Assembly: GCA_963724945.1 (NCBI GenBank)
Contig: CAVRWL010000004.1
Location: 2,093 to 66,092 of the forward strand
DNA: 64,000 nucleotides
Source of the DNA: an uncultured Alphaproteobacteria bacterium
GTDB taxonomy: Bacteria > Pseudomonadota > Alphaproteobacteria > Rhizobiales > Hyphomicrobiaceae
Reading direction: 5' to 3'
The position numbers and the translations under genes are program-made. The notes under the pieces are model-generated. The model saw only the letters and a list, made by a program, of their open reading frames with translations, was not told the DNA's origin and made no database searches. Positions 43,087 through 51,456 of this stretch are shown in pieces. Position 1 is the stretch's first letter. Every line of letters begins with the position of its first letter.

Positions 43087-43271
43087 GTGGGAAAGCGCGT
43101 CTCTAACGTGTTCCCGCGGGGCCCGCAAGGTGGGGCGGGTAGACGGTGGGTGGTGACCTCACGGGAGACCAAATCGCCGTTCCCAAAGCTCCCCATTGGC
43201 CCAGGCCGGCGTTTTGGTGCTCCGGCGGTGGCGGCAAGGTGACCGTCGTCTTCGTCGAAGCCGACGTGCCG

Positions 43272-45044
43272 CTAGCGCGAAGGCTCGAGAACTTTCAGTG
43301 CCTCCGCCAGATCGCGTACCGGTCGCGTCTTGATCTCTTGCAGGTGGAATCGGTCTTCGATCATCTTGATGATTGACGTCGTGTCGAAGTCCTCGTGGGC
43401 CACGCCGGATTTCGCGAAGGCGCTAGAGACGAGCAGGGTCGGTATGCGGGTGCCGGGGCCCCACGCATCGGCAGCCGCCTTGTCGGAGCCATGCCGACCA
43501 TGTGGTGGAGGCGGCACGTGATCCCACGCGCCGCCGAACTCGTCGTACGTGACCACGATCAACGTGTCCTTGCCATCCGGCCCATTCACGATAGCCTTGA
43601 TCAGATCGACGAGATGGCTGCTGCCTTCCAACTCGCTGGTGTAGCCGGGATGCTCGTTCTCCTCGCCGACCGGCTTAATGAAGCTGACCGGCTTGAGCCT
43701 GCCCTCGTGCGCGGCCTTGATGAACTCCGCCTCGTCGAGCAAGTGGGCGGCGCGGGCCGCTGCGTGTGGCTGGGTATCGGCTGCGAAATTCGCGAAGTAG
43801 TTGAACGGCTGGTGGTGATACTGGAAATTCTTGTCCGGACAATGCGGGAAGCCCAGGCCCTGCAGCGGCACGAGCGGACTGTTGGCATCGGCGGGATCGG
43901 CATGAGTGGCTCTGGTGTCGGCATTCGGGTCGCTGCAGGCGGGGCCGCTACCGTTGGTCCAGCCGGGTGCACCGACAATGCCATTGGCATTCGACCAGCC
44001 GCCCGAATACCAGGCCCAGTCCACGTGCTCGGCCGTAAGCCGGTCACCGATCGTGGGGTTGGTGAGCAAAGGCAGGCGCTTTGCAGCGGCAGTGCCGGGC
44101 TGATACGGCCAAGAGATCGGCTGGATCGTGTTGACGGCGTAGTCGCCACACACGATGCCCTGCGGGGTCGCGGGCCGCCCCGCGGGCGGATTGCACGCAG
44201 CCGTCAGCGACCTTGGCTTCGCCGCAGCCCCCAGCGGGCTCGCGTAGAGTGGCGTGCTCATCGGCATGCCGTTGGCGTCGACGACTGAGTGAAGATCATT
44301 GGCGCCGCCATCGTTGGCCGCACCGGCGAATACCGGCGCAGCGCCTGCGATCAGCCATTGATGGTTGAGAAAGGATCCGCCGAAGGCTCCCTGAAAGAAG
44401 TGATCGGCTATCACGTAGTTAGGGGCACCATGGCTGTTGAGATACTTGTAGATCGGCAGATTCGTCGTGTCGTAGTAGCCCATCGAGAGGCCGGCCGCGT
44501 CGCTGCCAGTCACGTATCGGTTCTGCTTGCCCCCGTTGATCTGGTACTGCTCGATGTAATAGCGATGCACGAGGTCCCTCGTGCAGCCGCCAGGCAGACC
44601 CGTACCCTTCGCTTTTCCGTTGCCGGTGCGCTCACCCGGCGCAGGGCAGGTCGCGTCGCGCGAGGAGATGTAGGCGTCGATCTTGAAGGGCTTGTTGTCG
44701 AACGCACTCTCAAAGGGAGTTGCACCTGTGTTGTCCGTGCAGGTGGTCGCTAGCGGTGGCGCGGACGTGAGATTCACATCGTCCTGCAGCAGGCAGGTGT
44801 ACGGCGTGGTCCCGTCCTGGCGGACCTGTGGCGAATGCGCGGCGGCCGTCTCGGCATTGGCGAAGCCGTCGACCGGCTCCCCATCTACCTTGCCCCACAG
44901 GCCGAAGAGATTATCGAAGCTGTGGTTCTCCTGGTAGATGACGACGATGTGCTTGAAGTCGTCCAGACCAGCAGCATCGGCGAATGATGACGGCACCGCC
45001 GCACCGATGATCGCCGCAAGTGCGCACACGCCTTGAAACCGCAT
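43272..45044 (-). CDS. secreted acid phosphatase / phosphoesterase family (AcpA/PLC-like)
   Basis: Signal peptide; KHIVVIYQENHSFDNLFG, FGGSFLNH, NEHPG, TYDEFGGAWDHV. Confidence 0.9.
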   Translation of the reverse strand: MRFQGVCALAAIIGAAVPSSFADAAGLDDFKHIVVIYQENHSFDNLFGLWGKVDGEPVDGFANAETAAAHSPQVRQDGTTPYTCLLQDDVNLTSAPPLATTCTDNTGATPFESAFDNKPFKIDAYISSRDATCPAPGERTGNGKAKGTGLPGGCTRDLVHRYYIEQYQINGGKQNRYVTGSDAAGLSMGYYDTTNLPIYKYLNSHGAPNYVIADHFFQGAFGGSFLNHQWLIAGAAPVFAGAANDGGANDLHSVVDANGMPMSTPLYASPLGAAAKPRSLTAACNPPAGRPATPQGIVCGDYAVNTIQPISWPYQPGTAAAKRLPLLTNPTIGDRLTAEHVDWAWYSGGWSNANGIVGAPGWTNGSGPACSDPNADTRATHADPADANSPLVPLQGLGFPHCPDKNFQYHHQPFNYFANFAADTQPHAAARAAHLLDEAEFIKAAHEGRLKPVSFIKPVGEENEHPGYTSELEGSSHLVDLIKAIVNGPDGKDTLIVVTYDEFGGAWDHVPPPPHGRHGSDKAAADAWGPGTRIPTLLVSSAFAKSGVAHEDFDTTSIIKMIEDRFHLQEIKTRPVRDLAEALKVLEPSR

Positions 45045-45123
45045 TCGAGCCTCCACATGACAAGTGCGTGCACGATTTAACGGCGCTGTGCGACGCTCTT
45101 ACGTCGTAGGATGCTCGCAGCGG

Positions 45124-45141
45124 TTGTAATTCGACTGTCAT
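45124..45141 (+). promoter_or_regulatory. Pho-box-like direct repeat
   Basis: TTGTAAT-tcga-CTGTCAT, 11-bp periodicity, about 80 bp from the phosphatase start. Confidence 0.5.
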
Positions 45142-45173
45142 CAGTCATCGGCACGACTTGATCGTAGCCGCCA

Positions 45174-45199
45174 CGCTATATCCGATTGCATACAACGAT
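45174..45199 (+). promoter_or_regulatory. ModE/Mo-box-like operator
   Basis: CGCTATAT-N8-ATACAACG(AT), close to the CGnTATAT-N8-ATATAnCG(AT) consensus. Confidence 0.6.
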
Positions 45200-45369
45200 G
45201 TCGGAGTTGCGACAATCGACGCCGCCGGCGGCGCGCGGAAACGGCTGTTTTCACGCCGCAAATGGCGTCCGTTCCGGGCCGTGGCCGTCCCGGCATGAGG
45301 ATTGCTAGAGCTATTGCCAGGTGCTCTTGATCAGGCGAATGCCCAACACACAAATTCCGGAGAATTGCT

Positions 45370-45981
45370 ATGCCACGGCAGCTTCTCGACCTCGATCCAA
45401 ACAAGCTGGCCGCCGTCCTCTACCGGTCCGAGGACGACGTCGACGCCCTGCTCTATGAGTTCGCAAATGATCGCATGCGCGCCGGTGAGCGCGTCGGCGG
45501 CGTCGTGCAGCAGAACCTCAAGGATGCCGGCGGGCGGCGCGTCGGTATGCAACTCATCGACTTGATGACCAGCGGGGAGATCCCTATGGGGCAGTCGCTC
45601 GGCAGCGGCGCGAGCGGCTGCTCGCTCGACCCTGCGGGTCTCGCCGAGGCGTCGCTCGCCGTGACCCGCGCCATCGAGAGCGAGGTTGCGCTGATCGTCG
45701 TCAATAAGTTCTCCAAGCAGGAGGCGGCGGGCCAGGGACTGCGCAATGAGCTTGCGGATGCGGTCATTGCCGGACTGCCGGTGCTCACGGCGGTGCCCGA
45801 GACTTGCTTGCAAGCCTGGACGGACTTCACCGGCGATCGCGGCACGACGCTCTTCTGCGCGCGCCGCGTGATCGACGCATGGTGGCAAGAGGTGTCGACG
45901 CGTGAGGCTCTTATGCGCAATAGCCAGCCGCCGCGGGCCAAGCTGAATGCGGATCGCTTGGCTTCGACTTGGCGAGCATGA
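45370..45981 (+). CDS. DUF2478 family protein
   Basis: GGVVQ, QSLGSGASGCSLDP.GL, IVVNKFSKQEAAGQGLR, GLPVLTAV. Confidence 0.8.
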   Translation: MPRQLLDLDPNKLAAVLYRSEDDVDALLYEFANDRMRAGERVGGVVQQNLKDAGGRRVGMQLIDLMTSGEIPMGQSLGSGASGCSLDPAGLAEASLAVTRAIESEVALIVVNKFSKQEAAGQGLRNELADAVIAGLPVLTAVPETCLQAWTDFTGDRGTTLFCARRVIDAWWQEVSTREALMRNSQPPRAKLNADRLASTWRA

Positions 45982-46060
45982 CGTCCGACGACTTGATCAC
46001 GGTGGGCGCGCTGTCCCTTGCCTTGAGGCCTGGCGGCTCAAAGACCGCATGGAGGCGGCC

Positions 46061-46985
46061 TTGAACGACAATATTCCGAAATTGCTGGTCGGGCGGCGTC
46101 GCTTGCCGCTCGCTGTGATCCTCGGCACCAACGAGATCGCGTCGGCCGTCGCCGTGCATCTGCGCAAAGTCGGCTTCGGGGTCGTGCTGTCGCACGATCC
46201 GATGCCCCCGGTCATGCGTCGCGGCATGGCGTTCCATGACGCCCTGTTCGGCGAAGACTCCGATGATCGAGGGGGTTGCCGGATATGGTGTCGACCGCGC
46301 GTTCGACGTGATCGCCGTGATCAACGCTTCTGACCGGATGCGGGTCGCGATCACGCGGCTCGGTCTCTGCGACCTCCTGGCGATCCGCAGCATCACCGTG
46401 CTGGTCGATGCCCGCATGCGGAAGCACATGGTGACACCAGACCTCAGCCACCTCGCCGGCATCACCGTAGGGCTCGGGCCCGGATTCGAGGTCGGCGGCA
46501 ACTGCGATGTCGCGGTCGAGACGCGTCCGGCGCGCATCGGCCAGGTGGTGCAACAGGGTGCAACAGACGAGGCAGACGGCAAACCGCCTTCGCTCGGCGG
46601 CGCGGGCCGTGAGCGCTTCGTCTACGCGCGCAGCTCCGGGCTATGGCGCACGGCGTTCGACATCGGAGCCCAGGTCCGCGCCGGTGCAGCTCTAGGCTAC
46701 CTTGCGGATCGCGCTGTGATGGCCCCTATAAACGGAACACTGCGCGGCATCGTGCGTGACGCGACCACGGTGCCATCTGGCGTCAAGCTGCTCGAGGTCG
46801 ACCCGCGCGGGCAAGCCTGCTGGATCGGCATCGACGAGCGCGGACGCCGGATTGCGCTTGCGGCGATGCGAGCAATTGCGGTGCAGGCAAACCGTTATGA
46901 GGGCCGCGAGGACTTGAAGCAATTGCACTGGAATAGCGCACACCTGAAGGAAAAGGTGGCACGCGTTGGCCGCGACCGGCTGTAG
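46061..46985 (+). CDS. YqeB-like molybdenum hydroxylase accessory protein (one extra base near 46256)
   Basis: VILGTNEIASAVAVHL, RRGMAFHDA, LVDARMRK, VGLGPGFEVG.NCDVAVET, GRERFVYA, GTLRGIVRD, KLLEVDPR; TTG start with GGAGG. Confidence 0.75.
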
Positions 46986-47271
46986 CAGCCTCGGCTTACG
47001 CGGATTTGTCGCATTGAGCCAGATGTGCTAGGCACTGCGGCGACCAGCGTTTCGCACTCCACCATACGGCGATAAACGAGCCCCCGGGTGTCCAGAAGCC
47101 GGGACTCGCAATTTTACGCGTATCGCATTATCTCCGATCAAACCCACTATGGTTGGAGCCTGCCGCGGGGGACTCGACGGTCCCCATCACGGGCGCTCCC
47201 AGCTTGGGCTCGGACCGCGGTCCCAGTGCCCAATGTGCTCTCTGCTTATCGACCTCGAAAGGAGGCCCCTT

Positions 47272-47517
47272 CTGATAGTTCTCGTTCGCGAAAACAACGT
47301 CGACCAAGCCCTCAGGGTCCTGAAGAAGAAGCTCCAGCGCGAAGGCGTTTTCCGAGAGATGAAGCGCCGGCGGTCCTATGAAAAGCCGTCCGAGAAAAGA
47401 GCCCGAGAGAAGGGTGAGGCCGTGCGTAGGGCAAGAAAGGCTGCGCGCAAGCTAGCCCAACGCGAAGGCTTGCTCCCAAAGCCGGCTGCCAAACGGCCTG
47501 TATTCGGCCGCCGGTAG
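47272..47517 (+). CDS. rpsU: 30S ribosomal protein S21, apparent CTG start
   Basis: [29 protein letters not shown]...YEKPSEKR; GGAGG 6 nt before CTG. Confidence 0.92.
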   Translation: MIVLVRENNVDQALRVLKKKLQREGVFREMKRRRSYEKPSEKRAREKGEAVRRARKAARKLAQREGLLPKPAAKRPVFGRR

Positions 47518-47565
47518 GCATCCGCCGGCTCAGCTTGCGGCGATTGTTTCGGCCGCGAAGCGAGG

Positions 47566-47826
47566 TCAGAAATCGGAGGCGATCAGGGCGTATGAGCCCT
47601 GGCGGCGCCCCGAGTAGACTTTGCGCGCAACCTTGATGATGCGCTCGCGGTTGTTATCGAAGCTCTGCAGCATCGCGTCTTGATTGTGTCTCGTCTCCGG
47701 AGCAATCCGAAACAGAGCTGCCTCCTCGACGAAGAACGATACCTCGAGCGCGCCGTCATAGCCCCAGAAGCGCACGCAATGGCGCGTAGCATCGTAGCTG
47801 CGGCTGACGTTCGGGAAATTCAGCAC
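47566..47826 (-). CDS. DUF1488-like small protein
   Basis: NFPNVSRSYDATRHCVRFWGYDG..EVSFFV pattern. Confidence 0.75.
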   Translation of the reverse strand: MLNFPNVSRSYDATRHCVRFWGYDGALEVSFFVEEAALFRIAPETRHNQDAMLQSFDNNRERIIKVARKVYSGRRQGSYALIASDF

Positions 47827-47860
47827 CGATTATGTCCTGTTCGATCGGTCGCCAAGCGAT

Positions 47861-48100
47861 CTACTTTCCTGTCGTCTTTGCGGTTGCCCGCGCGATGAGC
47901 TTGATGGCGCCTCGCGCTTGCCCCGACCGCTTTGCAATCTCCTGATCTTGAACCTCGATGATCGCCTGAGCGGGCGCATCGCCCTCAAGCCCCCCGAGGG
48001 CGGCGCTTGGGACCTTGCGGTTGGACGTGCGCGTGCCGTCCTCATAATGCACGTCGAATAGTATGAACTCGGCTTGGGCCTTCGGTTTTCTGCGCGCCAT
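47861..48100 (-). CDS. small conserved hypothetical protein
   Basis: FILFDVHYEDGTRTSNRKVP...AIIEVQD; co-oriented with its neighbours. Confidence 0.75.
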   Translation of the reverse strand: MARRKPKAQAEFILFDVHYEDGTRTSNRKVPSAALGGLEGDAPAQAIIEVQDQEIAKRSGQARGAIKLIARATAKTTGK

Positions 48101-48182
48101 TGTCCGTCTCTTGGGTGAAAGGTTTTCGAGCCTGCCGATAACAGATCGTCACGCGAGCTGAGCGGGAAGCTCCGCCGGGCGA

Positions 48183-48464
48183 TCAGTGGCCCTTTCCAGG
48201 CAGGTCCCTGCCCCTGATGCACACCGTGCCATCCTGCTCGATGAGCCCCTTGTCATACTTGTCGCTGGCGATCTGCTCGAACTGCATCCTGAACTCATTG
48301 AATTGCTCGATGTGCTCCTCGCCGTGCGCCGGCGGATCTATGTCCTCAAGAGCATGGAGAGACACGAGGACGCTGATCGTGCGACCGCCGTCACTCATGG
48401 CGAACAGCACGCCCTCATGGGCATTATCCAACGTGCCCGGTTGCGCAACCGGCGTGAGCGGCAT
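48183..48464 (-). CDS. second DUF1488-like small protein
   Basis: GVLFAMSDGGRTISVLVSLHALED...FEQIASDKY pattern. Confidence 0.7.
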   Translation of the reverse strand: MPLTPVAQPGTLDNAHEGVLFAMSDGGRTISVLVSLHALEDIDPPAHGEEHIEQFNEFRMQFEQIASDKYDKGLIEQDGTVCIRGRDLPGKGH

Positions 48465-48706
48465 GATCGAACCTGTTTTCATTTGGATGGCACAACCGGC
48501 AGTTGCCCGTGACGCATGCCGGTCTTCGCGACAATAGGCCGCCGGATTGCCGTCGCTTTTATCACGTTCCTGCATCCGGGCGGCGTTAATTCCTCGACAG
48601 CCCACAAAACGGAGCGCAAAGTGCCGCGATCATCGGTTTGTTCGGTCCAGGCACCGGTGGCTGAGAGACAGCGCTGCGCTCCCGCCTGCCAACAAGGAGG
48701 GAGTTC

Positions 48707-48982
48707 ATGTGTCCGTTTTTCGGGACCCCCGAGGGGTTGTCGCCTGAGGCGCTGGAGTTGCTCGACCGAACGTTTGCAGCAACGTGGAACGATCTGCAAA
48801 TGAGGAAGAGTTCCTCCACGTCGCCGGTGAACGAAGCAGAGACACAATTGGCAATCGCCAAGGCCATCATGGACCTGGCGGCCACAGGCGTGCGCGAGCC
48901 GGAGCGTCTGAAGCGTCACGCGCTTCATGCCGCCGAACGCGCAAGACCGCGCACGCGGACCATAATTCACTTGCCCGACTAG
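48707..48982 (+). CDS. small hypothetical protein
   Basis: RBS AAGGAGG; helical PEALELLDRTF...LAKAIMDLAATGVREPERLK-like pattern. Confidence 0.7.
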   Translation: MCPFFGTPEGLSPEALELLDRTFAATWNDLQMRKSSSTSPVNEAETQLAIAKAIMDLAATGVREPERLKRHALHAAERARPRTRTIIHLPD

Positions 48983-49143
48983 CCGCCGCGCATCGCCCGA
49001 GTGGCTGAGCATCCGCTGTAAGCTGGCAATCGAGTCGTGCTATTCCACGTGGCGTCTGAGCGTCCGTGCACGGTCAGCACCATCGCCATAAGGGCACGCT
49101 ACCCGAGGCTGCCGACAGAGGCCCGCTAACAGGGGGGAATTGA

Positions 49144-50196
49144 ATGCAACATCCCGGTTTCTTTGAAAGGGCGGGACCTTTTCCGCTGCGCCTCATTGCT
49201 GCGAAGCTGGGCGCGGAGCTCGAAGGGCTCCCCGAGGAGGAATTGGTCGATATCGAAGATATAAAACCTCTCGGTAACGCTGGTCCGCACGATCTCGCGT
49301 TCTTCGACAATCCAAAGTACCTGGAGCAGCTCACCAAGACCCGCGCGGGCGGTTGTCTCGTGGCGCCGGCATTTGCCGTGCGCGTACCGGCGAGCACCGC
49401 GGTGCTCAAAACGAAATCGCCCTACAATGCCTTCGCTCTGGCGCTGCGCCTATTCTACGTTGACGCCCTGCGCCCCGTTGGCGCCAAATGCGGGGACGAG
49501 CACGGCGGCGGACGCCTCGTTCATCCCAGCGCGCAGATCGACGAGGGTGTGATCATCGAGCCCGGCGCGGTCATCGGCAGGGAGGCGAAGATCGGCGGCG
49601 GCACTACGGTCGCTGCCGGTGCTGTTGTCGGCTACCGCGTGTCGCTTGGCCGCGATTGCTATGTCGGCCCGAGCGCGACCATCACCCACGCGATCGTCGG
49701 CGAGCGGGTCATCCTGCATGCGGGTGTGCGAATCGGGCAGGACGGCTTCGGGTTTGCGATGAGCGCCAATGGGCACCTGAAGGTGCCGCAGGTGGGCCGC
49801 GTCATCATCGGCAACGACGTCGAGATCGGAGCCAACTCGACCATCGATCGCGGCGCACTCAACGATACCGTCATCGGCGAAGGAACAAAGATCGATAACC
49901 TCGTTCAAATCGGCCACAACGCCGTCATCGGGCGCCACTGCGTCATCGTCGCGCAGACTGGAATTGCCGGCTCGGCGGAGCTTGGCGATTTCGTCGTCAT
50001 GGGAGGTCACTCCGGCGTCGTCGGCCACGTCAAGATCGGCGCCCGCGCGCAAATAGCGGGCATGGCGCACGTGAAGGAGGACGTCGTGGCCGGAGCTCGG
50101 ATGGGGGGGACGCCGGCAGTGCCTTTCAACGAATGGGCACGCGAGGTTGCAACCCTGAAGCGGCTCGCCGCACGCAATGGCAAGCGCAACGCCTGA
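49144..50196 (+). CDS. lpxD: UDP-3-O-(3-hydroxyacyl)glucosamine N-acyltransferase, stand-alone copy
   Basis: FFDNPKY, hexapeptide repeats, [42 protein letters not shown]. Confidence 0.95.
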   Translation: MQHPGFFERAGPFPLRLIAAKLGAELEGLPEEELVDIEDIKPLGNAGPHDLAFFDNPKYLEQLTKTRAGGCLVAPAFAVRVPASTAVLKTKSPYNAFALALRLFYVDALRPVGAKCGDEHGGGRLVHPSAQIDEGVIIEPGAVIGREAKIGGGTTVAAGAVVGYRVSLGRDCYVGPSATITHAIVGERVILHAGVRIGQDGFGFAMSANGHLKVPQVGRVIIGNDVEIGANSTIDRGALNDTVIGEGTKIDNLVQIGHNAVIGRHCVIVAQTGIAGSAELGDFVVMGGHSGVVGHVKIGARAQIAGMAHVKEDVVAGARMGGTPAVPFNEWAREVATLKRLAARNGKRNA

Positions 50197-50209
50197 TTCC
50201 GACGCAGCG

Positions 50210-50416
50210 CTAGAGCAGCCCGGTGAGCGGCGTGAGCTCGCTCTCCTTGGCAACCCGCTCAAACGTCTCCGCGGCGGACTTGATGCGGTAAAGCAGATCG
50301 CCGCCCTCGAAGGGCATCAGCTTCAGAACCTTGTACTCCCTGGAGGAAGCGGGCAGCCCCCAGCGACCGGGCGTGAAATCGACCGCCTGCCCGACTTTGA
50401 ATCTGTGCCGTGGCAT
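50210..50416 (-). CDS. small SH3-like hypothetical protein downstream of cspA
   Basis: HRFKVGQAV...YRIKS..E.FERVAKESEL; 17 nt after the cspA stop. Confidence 0.75.
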   Translation of the reverse strand: MPRHRFKVGQAVDFTPGRWGLPASSREYKVLKLMPFEGGDLLYRIKSAAETFERVAKESELTPLTGLL

Positions 50417-50433
50417 CCAGCAATTCCTCGCTG

Positions 50434-50646
50434 TTAGGCGAGCTCGATCTGACCGGCCTTCTTGCCGCGCCCCTTAGGGTCGTCCTCGAGCACGAAGCTG
50501 ATCTTGTCGCCCTCATTGAGCGTGGCGATGCCAGCAGCCTCGAGCGCGCTGGCGTGGACAAACACGTCTTTGCTGCCGTCGGCCGGGGCTACGAAGCCAA
50601 AACCCTTGGCGCCGTTATAAAACTTCAAAGTGCCGGTGATGCGCAT
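50434..50646 (-). CDS. cspA: cold-shock protein (CSD)
   Basis: KGFGFV (RNP1) and DVFVHAS (RNP2). Confidence 0.96.
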   Translation of the reverse strand: MRITGTLKFYNGAKGFGFVAPADGSKDVFVHASALEAAGIATLNEGDKISFVLEDDPKGRGKKAGQIELA

Positions 50647-50807
50647 AAATTCGAGCCTTCCCTTGCGCGAGCTAAGCTGGCCATGAAAAGGCCGCGCGCT
50701 CGGCCTGACAGCTCAGTCATGGGAAAGGCGAACGACCGCAGCGGGCCAGTAGGCGAAACCGCAAACACCGAGGGCGCGCTCCTGCTTGGGGCGCGCCGGC
50801 TCAGCGG

Positions 50808-50836
50808 TGTATGGGCCCCATACAGAGTGATAGCAA
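50808..50836 (-). promoter_or_regulatory. candidate cspA promoter, implying a ~155-nt 5' UTR
   Basis: Minus strand TTGCTA-N17-CATACA. Confidence 0.5.
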
Positions 50837-50870
50837 GCACTATCGGGCCGCTCTTTAGTTTACGACTGCT

Positions 50871-51122
50871 TTACGCCATGTCGCGCCGCTGCAGCGGATA
50901 AGCTTCGCTGTCATAGAGCTTGCGGATAGTGGCGGCATCAAATCGTTGGTCGTTCGCCTCGAGCACGGTGCCGAACAGAACCTCGGAGGGAAGCTCCTCG
51001 ATGGCGAAACGGATCGCCTCTGCGCCCGAATCGAATCGGCGGTAGGTCACCGGGCGCGGGCTAGAGCCTCGACTCCTGCAGGCGTAAATCTCGGCCGGAG
51101 CCGTATAGTCGAAATCATTCAT
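50871..51122 (-). CDS. small conserved hypothetical protein
   Basis: FDYTAPAEIY...YRRFDSGAEAIRFAIEEL...LYDSEAYPL. Confidence 0.75.
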   Translation of the reverse strand: MNDFDYTAPAEIYACRSRGSSPRPVTYRRFDSGAEAIRFAIEELPSEVLFGTVLEANDQRFDAATIRKLYDSEAYPLQRRDMA

Positions 51123-51456
51123 GATCAAAGATATGGGGTCTCGGGCTGCCGATTGCATCGGGCGGCGCTTCCCGAAGTTTCTTGCTATTTGCGCAGCACT
51201 ATGAAATAAGCCCGCATCGCTTGAGCGAAGCTTGAGCGAACATCGGCGCTCCAGCCGCGTGAAAAGGACTTGGGTTCGGGCCCTTTACGAATACCGTAGG
51301 CCCCTCGTTCGTCCTCCTGTTGAGCGCCTCTGACACTTCCTCACATGACAGCCCAGGCCACGCGGGGCGTCCCCCGGATCAGCCGCGTTCATTCGCGCTC
51401 GGTCGACGCTGATGTCGGCCAGTCTTGTCGCGCGGCCACATAAGAAAGACTATCAA

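Noticed and set aside
47168-47177. ggggactcga identical to part of tRNA-Glu (4216-4225) as a possible att site
   Set aside because: Only 10 bp, on the wrong side of the tRNA for the integrase orientation, and explained as half of a local hairpin
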